Of a stretch of 64,000 nucleotides of DNA, positions 12,573 through 25,009 are shown in pieces. The position numbers were made by a program, and so were the translations under genes. Every line of letters begins with the position of its first letter. Within the stretch, counting starts at the first letter, position 1. This stretch comes from Podarcis liolepis (Eukaryota). The notes under the pieces were generated by a model. It had not been told where the DNA came from. It was given only the letters and a program-made list of their open reading frames with translations, and searched no databases. The DNA lies in assembly GCA_965112155.1 (NCBI GenBank), contig OZ218098.1; one strand, 5' to 3'.

Positions 12573-12792
12573 CAGCGGTACCTTGGGTTACAAACACCTC
12601 GGGTTACAAGCACCTCGGGTTACAGACCTGGAAGCAGTACCTCAGATTAAGAACTTTACCTCAGGATGAGAACAGAAATCGCGCAGCGGCAGCGGGAAGC
12701 TATTAGCTAAAGTGGTACCTCAGGTTAAGAACAGTTTCACATTAAGAACGGACCTCCAGAATGAATTAAGTTCATAACCAGAGGTACCACTG
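12573..12792. mobile_element. pogo/Tigger-like MITE, variant B, inverted relative to the 11090 copy and internally deleted
   Basis: TA|CAGCGGTACCTT ... GAGGTACCACTG|TA. Contains TTAAGAACTTTACCTCAGGATGAGAACAGAAATCG, the near reverse complement of the 11090 copy interior. Confidence 0.93.
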
Positions 12793-13544
12793 TATCTGGA
12801 AACTTATTAACTGGTTTTAAATTATACATGTTTACGGTGGCAATGCTGCCATTGTGACCCACCTTATATTAGGCTGCAACCCAGCAGTGCATTTCCTTAA
12901 AGACAAATATATGACTTCCTTTTCTTATCTCTCAGAATATGTGTTGGTCACATGGAACCATGCCTGTATATCCCTCCATAAATAGCACTCCTGTTCATCT
13001 GAATTCCAAATTATTTTTGATAGCCCCTGAGCCACTTGGGAAAACATGGTTGTCCTCTAGGCATGTGCTAGTATTGATACCATGATATCATAACTGGGCT
13101 TTCCACCACCGTCCTGTGAAGGGTGAAAGAACTGAGCCCAGCAAGAGTGACTTGAGACCAAGATTTGGATGGGGGAAATCAGCCCCGCAAACAGTTAGTA
13201 CACACCAGTCCTACCACCATCACCATCAAAAGTGTCAAGCCACGGTTAAATCTTTAATGTGAGGTGAAGTGATGCAGAAAACCTCCCAGTGGACTCTCTG
13301 CACTAGGGTGAGTTGCATTCTTAATGAGTCTAATCAGATTAACATTACAATTCAGTCCCTTGTGTGGAAACAATGCAAAACCAAATTTAGTAACCCAGTT
13401 TATACCACCTCACTCTGAGTAGTTTTGTTTATGGCTTGCATGCTGCATTGAAAGCTCTGGCTTTCTCCCACAGTGCCTTGCTAAAGGAATTCCCCTGTAA
13501 TGTTGCTGAATGTAGATGTTAACATCCATCAAGTTCCTCTCCGA

Positions 13545-13665
13545 ATCCATCCATCCATCCATCCATCCATCCAATCAGTCACAAGTTGAGATAAACTGGT
13601 AAATCTGCCTCTGGTTAACACTCTCCCTACATACTAAAAGAAAAAGAAAAAGAAAAAGAAAAAAG
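13545..13665. repeat. (ATCC)n and (AAAAG)n/(AAAAAG)n microsatellites
   Basis: Direct reading at about 13545-13572 and 13636-13665. Confidence 0.9.
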
Positions 13666-13790
13666 ACAGTTGTTGTTCACTGTTCCCAACAGGAAAGATT
13701 TGCTTTGCGCTACATATGACTGGGGGAGGTGTTTGAGAGCCGATTTCATTTACTGTAAAAAAAAATAAAAAAACACAACGAAACAAAACA

Positions 13791-14051
13791 NNNNNNNNNN
13801 NNNNNNNNNNNNNNNNNNNNNNNNNNNNNNNNNNNNNNNNNNNNNNNNNNNNNNNNNNNNNNNNNNNNNNNNNNNNNNNNNNNNNNNNNNNNNNNNNNNN
13901 NNNNNNNNNNNNNNNNNNNNNNNNNNNNNNNNNNNNNNNNNNNNNNNNNNNNNNNNNNNNNNNNNNNNNNNNNNNNNNNNNNNNNNNNNNNNNNNNNNNN
14001 NNNNNNNNNNNNNNNNNNNNNNNNNNNNNNNNNNNNNNNNNNNNNNNNNNN
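13791..14051. other. N-run (261 nt)
   Basis: Direct reading. Confidence 0.99.
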
Positions 14052-15556
14052 TTCTATTCCAATAACCTGAGAAAAGTTTATGGACATGCTTTGCTGCCTA
14101 GACCTCAATTTTCACCAACCTGCATACGGTTTTGAATTTACGGCTTCACATACGTGGAGAGTAGCAACATGGCTGAAATTTACAGGCTGATTATCTGTGG
14201 CTTCATAGTAAGAAAATTAGAGCTGATTTTATAACTACATGACAGATATTTGCTCTTTAAGGAAGGGCATGCAGTTTGGAAATGTCAATTAACACACACA
14301 TACACACATATAATCAAAATGAACTTTTATATGGTGGGAAGCTTTCAAAATGCAATTTATGTTCTTTCACAGAGTTCCCTGGGAATAAATTAAATGTATA
14401 TCCTTCTCTATTTGCACACTATTTGTGCAGCAGTCATGTTATAAGTTTAATAAAAAAAAGAGAGATTTATAACCCCTGTTTTAAGATTTATCATTCACAT
14501 GGCAGTAGAGAGACCAGGAACTGAGCAATGCATTTTCTATACTTAACTCTGTTATCTATGGTACAAGGATGCTTATAGCTCTGGGTGTGGAGGAAGCAGA
14601 AATAAGGCCCCCCTATATGAGCCTGTCTTGGAATGGGGTGAGGTGGGGAGGGAGCTCCATTTCTTATCATTGGATAAGATAATTTTAAAAAGGAGGGAGG
14701 GGAGAAAAGCACAGCGGCTGTTATAATTTAGTGTGTGCATCTCTGAAGGTTTGCCTTACCCAGGAGGCTAACACTATTAGCAAAACAAGTTTAGGCAAAT
14801 CTATTCATTCTAGTTTTATTAGCAGGTAATGAAAAGGTGTAAGTTAAAGTGTGAAATGACTCTGTGTATTTTGAAAACAATATTTCAGCAAACAGTTTTA
14901 TTCAGCCAGGTCTCTTTATATTATGGTTACATGCAGTACATTTCTTTCTAATAATGCAAAACGGTAGTTTTCGGTTGGCAATACAGGCTAAGCAAGGGAA
15001 TTAGATTCACGATTATGGGAAACTGCCTGTCAGCATTGTGCTTTATTTCTCCTCTGCTGCCATGGAGCCATTCACAAGACCCTGGACTGAGCTTGTTTTG
15101 CAGTTGGTGCAGACGTTTTGGCCTATTTGGTCTGAGTGGCATGTGGGGAAGTGGCGAAGCCAGTTCTCCACGAGCACAAACCTCCACTATTCCTAGGCCA
15201 AACTTTGTGATGAAAATCTGCACAACTCATTTAAGAAGGCTGTTAGTTGTGGCAAATTGAGCCATACAGCAAACCTTACCATGCACAAGTTCTATCCAGG
15301 CGAACAAAAGCGAATATTCATGGTGGGGTGCATATTTGTTAGACTAACATGCTGCCAGGTGAATTGGCCTTGAGTTAAGCGTCAGCCCCATAGGTTGTTG
15401 ATGCTTTGTCTTTCAGACTCAATCTTATCTTACCAAATATTTTGCCTGATGATGCATTTGTCTTCTGTAACTTGATAAACATTACATGACCCAACATGTT
15501 TAAGTTTGCAGCACAAAAATTGAAGTGACTGATAATGAATTAATGCCCATGTCAGC

Positions 15557-15587
<31 letters not shown>

Positions 15588-16271
15588 AAAGAAGAAGCTA
15601 ATAACTAACACTCCTTCCAGGACTCCTGTTTTTCTCTCTCCAGTTCAGAAAAAATGGGCTACTTTCTTTGGCATACACAAGAGGTACATAAAAACGTAAT
15701 CAAAACAAGCTTGGAGGGACAGGTTGAATAAAAGTATTGAGAACTCTAAAAATGTTGCAAAGATATTTGTCTATTATCAGACGCCAATCCTGACAATATT
15801 TACTTGTTGCCTTCAGGGAGGTCCTGAGCCTGTAAGCAATACTTAAAATGGTAAGGATGTAGATGAACAAGGGTTCACCTTGAAGAGTAGAGGAGCTCTG
15901 AAAGGAAAGTATGGAGATTCCCATGTCACAGGTACTACCTAAGCACTGCTATTTCTTCAAGGTTTTCCTGTTCACAGAGAGACAGTCTACAGGACCAAGG
16001 CCTAGCTCAAATAGAGCCCATCTGCATAGCTTGATTCAGAACAGGAAGGGGCAGATTAATGGCATAGCATAGACTATGATTCTGATATCCCTTCCTTTAA
16101 AAAAATGCAGGAACTTCACAAGTGGGTACATAACAATGCACCTCTTGACAGAAGATGCTGTCCCCCTCTGATCCAGCATAATATAGATATAGGCCCAGGT
16201 ATGCTGAGTGGCATGGTTGGAAGCCAATGACGCCTAAGGGGCTTCCGTTGGGAGCCACCATAAGTCTCTAT

Positions 16272-16519
16272 AGAAGAAGAAGAAGAGTTTGGATTTGATA
16301 TCCCACCTTTCACTCCCCTTCAGGAGTCTCAAAGCGGCTGACATTCTCCTTTCCTTTCCTCCCCCACAACAAACTGTGAGGTGAGTGGGGCTGAGAGACT
16401 TCAGAGAAGTGTGACTGGCCCAAGGTCACCCAGCAGCTGCATGTGGAGGAGCGGAGACGCGAACCCGGTTCCCCAGATTACAAGACTACCGCTCTTAACC
16501 ACTACACCACACTGGCTCT
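16272..16519 (-). mobile_element. Full-length tRNA-derived CORE SINE (MIR/Squam3-like)
   Basis: The minus strand starts AGAGCCAGTGTGGTGTAGTGGTTAAGAGC (A box), then GGTTCGCGTCTCC (B box), the CORE motif GGTGACCTTGGGCCAGTCAC and a (CTT)n tail. About 250 bp. Confidence 0.9.
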
Positions 16520-17404
16520 ACTCTCTCTCTTCCTTGGGAGTTAGCTGGCCTGTCATCTGTCAGTTTTCTGTTTTGTTCGATGGAGCAACTGTTTGGTGTG
16601 GTGGTCCAGCTCCACTGCTGGGAACTGGGCTTAAATCTGGAGGGATTGTTGTGTTGTTTACAGTATGGCGCAACTGAATCATACCAAGGTCCTGTATCAT
16701 TGTAGTAAAAGGGGGGAGGATGTTAGGTTCTTCTTAGTTGATGGAGTCAGCTTTATTTCATGGTGATAGAACTACTTGGTTATGCATTCTTGCCAGGTAC
16801 CATAGTGCCACCGATATGGTGGTATGATGGCATCAGTTGGTTACTTTTGTTCCGTTTTATTATTTCCTTCTTGACTGAGGTAGGCATGGCCTGGTCTGCC
16901 TGTGCAGAAGAATGAGGTGGTAGAATGGACTGTTCCACATCTGGCTGCTGGTGACAGACACCATTTTGTTGTTGTTTCACCCATGGTGCTGGTGTGCAGC
17001 TGGAATGTAGGGTGTGGTGAATGTGCTACTTTCCTACATGCAAGGGAGCATTTAAGACTCTTGAGCCTCAACTTTGTGTTGCAAAGATCCTTCTGAAACC
17101 ACATTCTACTTCATATATAGAGCAGACCTTACTTGCTTTGCCACAGTTGAAGAACTGCCAAGATATACCAGTGATTACTAAATACAATAGTCAGCACATA
17201 AATCTTCTTGCCAAGAGTTTCACTGCTGAAAGCTGTGCAGGGTTCAACAGCATTCTGTCCTGCTCTGAAATGCCCTCTAAATTTGGAATTAATTGACTTG
17301 GCAGAGATTACGTGTACCCCTTCAAAGGTATGACACACCAAAAAGTGGGACAGCCACAGCACATTTCTCCTTGTTTCTCCACTACTGTACTAAAGTCCTA
17401 ATTG

Positions 17405-17514
17405 CATGGGCGTAGCCAAGGAGGGGCAGGGGGGCAGCTGCCCTCCCAAATCAATAAAAATCAATAGCAAACTGAGGTGTCCCCCCCCCAACAATAATCG
17501 TGACTATGCCCATG
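17405..17514. mobile_element. hAT MITE, 110 bp
   Basis: TIRs CATGGGCGTAGCCA / TGACTATGCCCATG, 8-bp TSD CCTAATTG/CCTAATTC. Confidence 0.88.
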
Positions 17515-18184
17515 CCTAATTCACTATGGTGAAGAAAATGAGGAGTGCAAAAGAGAAGCAGGAAATGAACTAGTGAAAGAACCAACAGGAGGCACAGCTG
17601 ATGTAAGTTATCTTGTTGCTTTGAAGCTGTTAAAGGGGCAGGCATGATCTCAGAGTTTATATAAGATGTCACAGCAGATGAACCCTTTGTTTGAGCTAGT
17701 AAAACTGTTCTCATGTTCTAAATATTATGTTGTCGAGGTAAATAGTACTTTCATGACATGTTCAAATGATACCCAATCATAAGGAATTGGTGACAATTCG
17801 GAAGATAGGATTAAAACTCAAACCGATCATGATAAATTAACATACACAGGTGGAAAGCAATAAAATGTTCTACATGTGCTATATATGTTGGGTCATTCCT
17901 GAAAGTACAGCTTGAAAATAAGCATGAATGGAGACTCTGATGATAAGCCATTGACTGATGCACTTTTATGAAAGTGACAAGCAATTCAAATTTAAGTCAA
18001 TATGCTGTTGCAGTCTTATAATTTACAATCATTCAGGAATTCATATAGATCTAACTTCCTTCCTTCCTGTTTTTTTTTTAAACACTGCAGTTTCATTTGA
18101 AGTCATCATGTGATTGATCCCTGCATAGCTAGGTTGCCTTAAAAGTGGTGCTATTTACAATTAACTCTGAAGCTTTCATGTTTT

Positions 18185-18187
<3 letters not shown>

Positions 18188-18230
<43 letters not shown>
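18188..18230. repeat. (GT)n microsatellite
   Basis: Direct reading. Confidence 0.95.
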
Positions 18231-18232
<2 letters not shown>

Positions 18233-18340
18233 TGGCTTCATCACTGTGTGATAGTCTTAGCCTCCACCTCAAGGTGAGTCTTTTCAGTCAGAGGCAATAG
18301 TAGGAGTACGGGGACGATGTGATTGTCTGAATCCACTACA
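18228..18340. mobile_element. Degenerate MITE
   Basis: Terminal inverted repeat TGTAGTGGCTTCA ... TGAATCCACTACA. Confidence 0.45.
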
Positions 18341-18978
18341 AGTTCAAGCTTAGTCAAAGATGTTTGCAAGTTTTTGGCACAGAGAACAAAAGTTAAAGGA
18401 TTCCCGCCATACCCCTACTCTTAAGTCATTTGGTGAACTCTCATGAGCTTTGCTGGATGCACTGTTAGGAGTCTAATCTGTGGGCTAATTGTTTTTCAAA
18501 TGTCAATTTTTTGGAGTCCAAACTGTAAAACTTAAGGCTATGCATGCTCATTGCAAATGCAGCCATTTGCACAGATCAACCTCTCTCAATGGCTTATGTT
18601 AGGAACAAATGTAACCAGCTTCCTTAATTATACTTGTCCCATTCGTTCTGCATTCACAATTAGGAATGGGATTGGAGCTCTCCATTTCCACTTTGCCCTT
18701 GAAAATTCTTTAACATGTTTTCAAAACCTAGTTTTCCCTACATGCTCACGAATACTTTGCACATTAAGTATGATTTGTATATTATGTTGCAAAGGCCATG
18801 ATAAACATGGAAGAACTGTAGCACATATTACCTGGTAGCAAAATCGAATGTTCCACTGAACCAGTTTAGATTATCACATCTCAGTTTAATAAGATGAAAT
18901 ATTAATTTGCTTTTTGCTGTTGCATGCAAAGCTTTTCCTTCTCTCTTCAAACAACCTACAATTAAACTAGGAAGCCTC

Positions 18979-19146
18979 TAATTAACCATGGCTTTCCATT
19001 TCACCCAAACTGGTATCATATGGTTACTAATTTTGGAACAAGCTAATATTAAACCAACTTCAAACCATAGTTTAATATCTTGGCTTGTTCTGAAGCTGGT
19101 AACTATAGTTTTCTTGACTGGGATGAAACAGAAAATGATGGTTAAT
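18979..19146. mobile_element. Old palindromic (fold-back) MITE remnant
   Basis: The left arm AATTAACCAT...GAACAAGCTAATATTAAAC aligns with the reverse complement of the right arm GTTTAATATCTTGGCTTGTTC...ATGGTTAATT over about 75 bp. Confidence 0.65.
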
Positions 19147-21959
19147 TGAAAACCTCCTGGACCGATTTCTCATGCTGAAAAGGGGATGGATGAATGATTG
19201 TCCAATGATGGCTACCGCATATATATTTAACTGCACACTAGTCCATTGACAAATATTTCTGATATCTGTCCAACATCCAAGTTTAGTGCTTACATAAAAG
19301 ATCTGAGTGTGGCCTGTCATCGTGACATAGAAATATCATGTGTGACTTTTAGCAATTCTAAGCTAGGAAGTAGAGGGTGTACCATTTACTTAATCCCGTT
19401 TCCTCATTCCCAAATTTGGAAGCAACTGTTTCTCCATAATAATTTAGAAGTAAGCAAATAATTTCCCCTGAACCTATTACATCAACCTAGAGCACACATG
19501 CAGAAATGCAGTTCTGCTATACTAGGTGTCAAAGACTTTCTGTACAACAGGTCGCATCCAGCTCATGTATCAAATACTATCTATCTAAATACTATCAAAT
19601 ACTATCTATCCAAAGACTCTGCATTATAAGGAAACATTTCCATCACTTTCATAGGTCTCTTGACGGAACAGTGTGTATGCCTGTGTTTGAATCACAGTCC
19701 TTTACTAAAATAATACTTAAGCATAGTCTAACTTACAAAAAGCAAGATTTTTTTCAAAATAAGCATTGACCTATAGTGAGGCTGGCTAACTAACAAAACT
19801 TATTGAAGAAGGAAAGGTACTATTCAGTGAGAGTGAGAGTATGACTCTCTGGCCCAGCGTTAATAAAAAATGTCAGCTGGAAGTAGGTTTTAAAAAATTG
19901 CTCCTTCTGTATTTTTACAGTTGAGCTATAAATTCCTCATAAACAGAGATAATAATGAAAGTGCTGACACAACCTTTGCTATGGCATTGGGAACATTCAC
20001 TACAGTATGTTACCTGTTCTTTGCAGAGGAAAAATTTGTATAGTTCCCCCCCACACACACACCGTGAAATATTAGTGCTTACATAGTCTACTATATCATC
20101 TCATTTAGTTTTGTTTTGTTTTGTTTAAATACAGGACAGTCCAGATAAATCGACAGATTTTGCTAGTTATCTTGCAAAACGGAGTAGATAAAACTCACAG
20201 TATTACTTCAGAGAAGGAAGACAAACCCCATCAATTATTCTGAAATGTAAGTAGCTAGCCATAAGAAGATCACTAGAAAAAGTCTGTATTTTCCTCAGGT
20301 TTAACTAAATAATGTATGCATACTTTTGTTTTGGCATGATGAAGCAATTTTAGCCTTTAAAACACACAACTACTCAGGAGGGAAAAGGTCTGGTTCCTGC
20401 AACTTAAATAATTCAAACATCCAGGTGGAAATGCTTTTAGCAATTTCCTTTTTGGAGACAAAGGAAGAAGAGTTCAAAATTCTGAGACACCGAGGAGGAG
20501 GCAACCACAACAACAACAAGTAATAAAAGAGCAAAGTGTGGATACTTCCCAGTAGAAGACAAAATTCGCAAGAATTAAAGCTGACCACACAGACAGTCAG
20601 AAAACTGTAGCAATAAAAAAATGCTTTGAGAAAAATGATTGGCCTTGTATTATAACAAACTTGTTTTCCTAAAAACACAGTAAAAATAGCACTCTACTCT
20701 TTCGCCCGGGTCCTAGCTGGTTTGTATATGCTATGGGGTTAGGCAGATGTTAGGGGTCACTGAAGAAGCTGTGTGAAAATGTGAGCTGCCAGCAGTCGCC
20801 TTCTGAGTTTACAGAAACATATATGTCATATAAGGCATAACTTAGGGCTTGAAAACAAATGAGAAGTGAAAGGAGCTACCCAAGTTTGGAAGGTTGTTTT
20901 AGAATACAGGACATCAGCTGTAGTCAAGACAAAACTCTCTCAGCAGCACGGGGGAATTTTGCAGGCTTAGAATGTAGGTAAAAATGGTCCTCTGAGTCAG
21001 TGTCCTATTGGCCTTATGTCAGGTTTCGATACATGCCGTAGGGAGAATTTGCCTTCTCACTTGCAGATCTGTAATGACATGCTTGTAAAAGAGCGTGGGA
21101 CTGCAGCTGAAGCCCCTGCAGTGGCCTTAGAGCAAAGCTTACAGCCCTGAAATTCTTTTTTTTGTGTGAAAATAAAACACATACAAATAAATTCCCTGAG
21201 AACTTTGGAAAGTGTAAGGAGGAGGAAGGGGATGAGAGAAGGAAAACAGAGGGAAGCAAAAGGACAGGCTAGCACAGTGGAAGCAACAAAATGTAAACCG
21301 AATTGCCTATTGAGAAGAAACAACCCAAGATATCTGTAACCTGAACATCAAATTCAGTCACTCAAAAAGGAATAGTCTCCCCCGTTTCCAATAACCAACT
21401 TCCGAAATTTGGATATTTAGCTGAGGAGGAATAGGGAAGAGAGGATTGAGAATAAGAACTAGGCTGTGTCTTTCCTGCACTCACACAGTGTGCAAAACTT
21501 GAAATGTATCTGAAAAGTTTTTAGTCTGATTCCTGGGAGGCCATGGAGAAAACAGTAACTATTCACCTCCTTCCTTCCTTCTCCTCACCTATGCTTGACC
21601 TTCTGCCAGCATCTCTTCACAGGTTCAGCAGGGGAGATAGAGGGGGAATCCTACAACCACTCCTGTCTGTGGGGGGAATCCTTCTCAGTAACAACACTGA
21701 GAAATAGGCCTTGGAAATCCTCTCTGATTCCCCTGTTCCTCAGCCCACATATGCTACTTTAATGAAGTGGCTTTTCTGCTGGCAGTTGCAAGATGACTGA
21801 CTGCCTACCTGGCTGTCAGCACACTTGTTAATCCATCCTTTAGAAGTGGGTGATCTTCCACTTGCCTAAAAAGAGGAAGACCATGTACTCTGGCCTTTGT
21901 AGGATGCCATATGGTGCTTGTTGGAACCAAATCTCAGCACCTGGATTTGGTTGCGCGTC

Positions 21960-22376
21960 CTGCAGCCGGGGTGGAGCAAGCCACCCATGGGAGCGGGGCA
22001 AGCCAAGGCAGGGTGCGCTGTGTGGAGCCTCTCTGCAGTCTCCCCTTCAGCTGTAGGGCGGCTGAGGCAGTGGGCAGGCGCAAGCCCCATGTTGCCTTTT
22101 CAGGCAGCGCCTGGAACCTGCAGGTGCCCCAGCCACTACATCACTCCTAGGAGAGACGCGTGGTTTGGGCATGCTGCAGGCCCCGCTGTAAGTGCCAGCC
22201 CCCATGGTGTGGCACCCAGGGCCAGCTGTGTTTTGTTGAACTTGTTGACTGAACTAAAAAGTTTCATGAGCCCCCCCCCTTAAAATAAAACTCATATTTC
22301 TGTCAATTTATCACCGCCCCATGTGATGACACCTGGGTTGGCTTGCACCCACCGCACCCCCATTCCTATGCCACTG
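21960..22376. mobile_element. GC-rich degenerate hAT-type element remnant
   Basis: A local GC spike ending in CCTATGCCACTG, similar to the right TIR (CTACGCCACTG) of the MITE at 34892. No left TIR found. Confidence 0.4.
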
Positions 22377-22452
22377 CTTGGAGCCAGGTCAATTGACTTA
22401 CTGATGTTGTGTCACCGGTATAATTCAATAATAACAGATTCACTCTTATGCC

Positions 22453-22595
22453 TGCATATATTCCATGCATTAAATGCACATTTGAAGCACATGACTTCTC
22501 CTCACAGAGCTGCAATTCCCAGTCCCCCTCACAAACTACAGTTCCCCAGATTCTTTTGGGTAGGTGTCATGTGCTTTAAATGTATGGCATATGCA
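22453..22595. mobile_element. PIF/Harbinger-like MITE
   Basis: Inverted arms TGCATAT..CCATGCATTAAATGCACAT / ATGTGCTTTAAATGTATGGCATATGCA, interior CAAACTACAGTTCCCCAGATTCTT. A partial relative lies at about 30870-30940. Confidence 0.6.
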
Positions 22596-22759
22596 CAGTT
22601 GTGAGATATTTTGTCACTGAGAAATACCCAGTTTGCACATCAATTCCTTATTGTTCACATGCATTAAAGGATTTTGCTTCTGCTGTTCTCTATCAGCACA
22701 GTGGATGCAGATGACCAGTTGCCATTACATGTTGCACATTCTGTCCAGCTGATTTACTG

Positions 22760-22905
22760 CTACTAATAATAATGATAACAACAATTTTATTATTTGTACC
22801 CTGTCCATCTGACTGCGCTGCTCCAGCCACTCTGGGCAGCTTCCAATGGATATAAAAACTTAATTAAAAAAAATCAAACATTAAAAACTTCCCTATATAG
22901 GGAAA
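22760..22905 (-). mobile_element. L2 LINE 3' end with (TAA)n-like tail
   Basis: TAATAATAATGATAACAAC..TTATTTGTACCCTGTCCATCTG..CCAGCCACTCTGGGCAGCTTCCAA, resembling a reverse-oriented lizard L2 terminus. Confidence 0.7.
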
Positions 22906-23224
22906 AACCTCCCTAAAAACTTTCCTGTGCTAGTTTTGAGTGTCCATCTTAGTGCGCTATGTTGTCCCTGACTGTCCTTTTTCGAGAAGAGAGGCAGTTG
23001 CCTCATCAGCGTTCCCTGTGAGCTAAGGTTCAGGCTATATCCAAAGCCCTGAAGGCTTTTCTAATATGTACAGCCCCCTGCAGTCATAGAAATCAGCTTG
23101 CTGAAAGGTTTTATTTCTTCTCCATATAAAAAGGACAGTTTAATGCTTTATCCAGAAACAAGAAATGCAGAAGTAAAAGTGAGCTATGGTTTCAGACTTT
23201 AAACAGTCGTGTTTAATAAAGCCC

Positions 23225-23550
23225 GCCTAGTCTAGCATTCTGTTCCCACAGTGGGTCACCAAACACTTTCTGGAAGCCCTCTGGAAGCAGGGCATCCACA
23301 CAACAGCAGCCTCTTGTTCACAATCCCCAAGAATTCAGAATCATACTGCCCAGGGCTTTTTTTCCAAGAGGAACTCAAAGCACCTCAGTTCCAGCACCTC
23401 TCAGATGGGTGCCCTTGCCATTCGAAGAGAACAAGGGAGTTTCCGGCACCTTTTTTTCTAGAAAAATAGCACTGATACTGCTGCCTCTGAACTACATAGC
23501 TATGTTGACTACCAGCCATTGAAAGCATGATCCATCATGAACTTGTCTAC
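23225..23550 (-). mobile_element. CR1 3' end fragment interrupted by a MITE
   Basis: CTAGTCTAGCATTCTGTTCCCACAGTGG...CAGCCATTGA..ATGAACTTGTCTA is homologous to 6111-6390. Confidence 0.7.
23351..23474. mobile_element. hAT MITE nested in the CR1 fragment
   Basis: TIRs CAGGGCTTTTTTTC / GAAAAATAGCACTG, TSD ATACTGCC/ATACTGCT. Confidence 0.88.
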
Positions 23551-24669
23551 AAATTGCCTCTAACCCACATGCTTTTTTAGCTAGAAAAAACCACAAAACA
23601 GTATAGTAAACCCATACCTGTCAATGACAGTGTTTTCCCCAACCTTCATTTCAAACTATATATAGTAACACCTTTGAGGTCTGCCTACATTATATATTGG
23701 TTTGGGGCTTCTCAAGTGCATCGAGAACCCACACAGAACCAGACTCTAGTCCCTTTCAAAGGGGATCACACACTGTCACAGGAGAAACCAGGGGGTCCTC
23801 TCTGTATGATCTGGGGATAATTTGTCACAGGGGACTCTGGACAGGGTATCCAGAGAAAGGTCGGAACAGAGCAACACTAGCTCCTGGCTAACGCTGTGTT
23901 TTTCTTAACAGTGCTCTGGAAAAACATGAAATGCTCCATTTCCAGACCAGGTCACTTCCTTCTTCCATGATCAAACAATGAACAGATCTTTCTGGCCTTA
24001 CAAAGGAGCAGCTGAAGGTTCAGTAAGTTATTTGTTAATGAGGACTGGGGAATGACAGGAAGACAGTAAAGTCAGCCGATATCTAACTCTGTTAACCAGA
24101 ACTTGATTTGTCTAACTCCCAGGACCATATTTCCTCTTCATCCTACCACTGCACTTATTTTGTGCACTGTTTTTAAACTGCATATAGCACCTGCTGGGGT
24201 GGGGCTGAGAAATATCAGATTGCAGCCACTGAGGATGGGGATTGTAAGCCTTCCCACCCATCCTGCAATCCTGAGGACGATCCCTCCTCTGAGGCTGCTA
24301 TTTGCATCAGGAGAAAACCCCCCACTGGTGCCAATGTGGGTTTTCCTCCCAGTTGCAAGTACCTTCAGAGGAATGGTTTTAATCAAGACCACAGTAAGGG
24401 CAAGAAAGAGTTAAAATGCCCCTACTGAAATTCCCTAATAATGTTCAGCCCCTGCCCCATTCAGCTGCTATATGCATATATATATATATTAAAGCCATGA
24501 ACATTAAATAGTTTGTGGATCTCAGCTCAGATCAGGTCCCTCAGGGGTTCTGTTTAGATGACGATTTACTGCATTTGGGGTGATTTTATTCCCCACCCAA
24601 GATTCTCCTATTCAGTTTTATCCTGTGTTCTCCTCTGAATCACACAGCTGCACACCTGACAGAAAACTT

Positions 24670-24673
<4 letters not shown>

Positions 24674-24717
<44 letters not shown>
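24674..24717. repeat. (TA)n microsatellite
   Basis: Direct reading. Confidence 0.95.
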
Positions 24718-24720
<3 letters not shown>

Positions 24721-24873
24721 GATCTGGAGTGTATTAATAGGAAGCGTTGATTAAAAAAGAATTAGCTCCATAATCCTACTAGTTATACTTCTAACAATAT
24801 TATTTTAAGACAATTAATTCATATTTTTAAATAATGAAATTACCAGCATAAGACGCTAAACTTCTTTAGTATA

Positions 24874-25005
24874 NNNNNNNNNNNNNNNNNNNNNNNNNNN
24901 NNNNNNNNNNNNNNNNNNNNNNNNNNNNNNNNNNNNNNNNNNNNNNNNNNNNNNNNNNNNNNNNNNNNNNNNNNNNNNNNNNNNNNNNNNNNNNNNNNNN
25001 NNNNN
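24874..25005. other. N-run (132 nt)
   Basis: Direct reading. Confidence 0.99.
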
Positions 25006-25009
25006 TCAT

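Noticed and set aside
16440-16519. tRNA gene
   Set aside because: The A and B boxes are the head of a CORE SINE that continues into a SINE body and (CTT)n tail.
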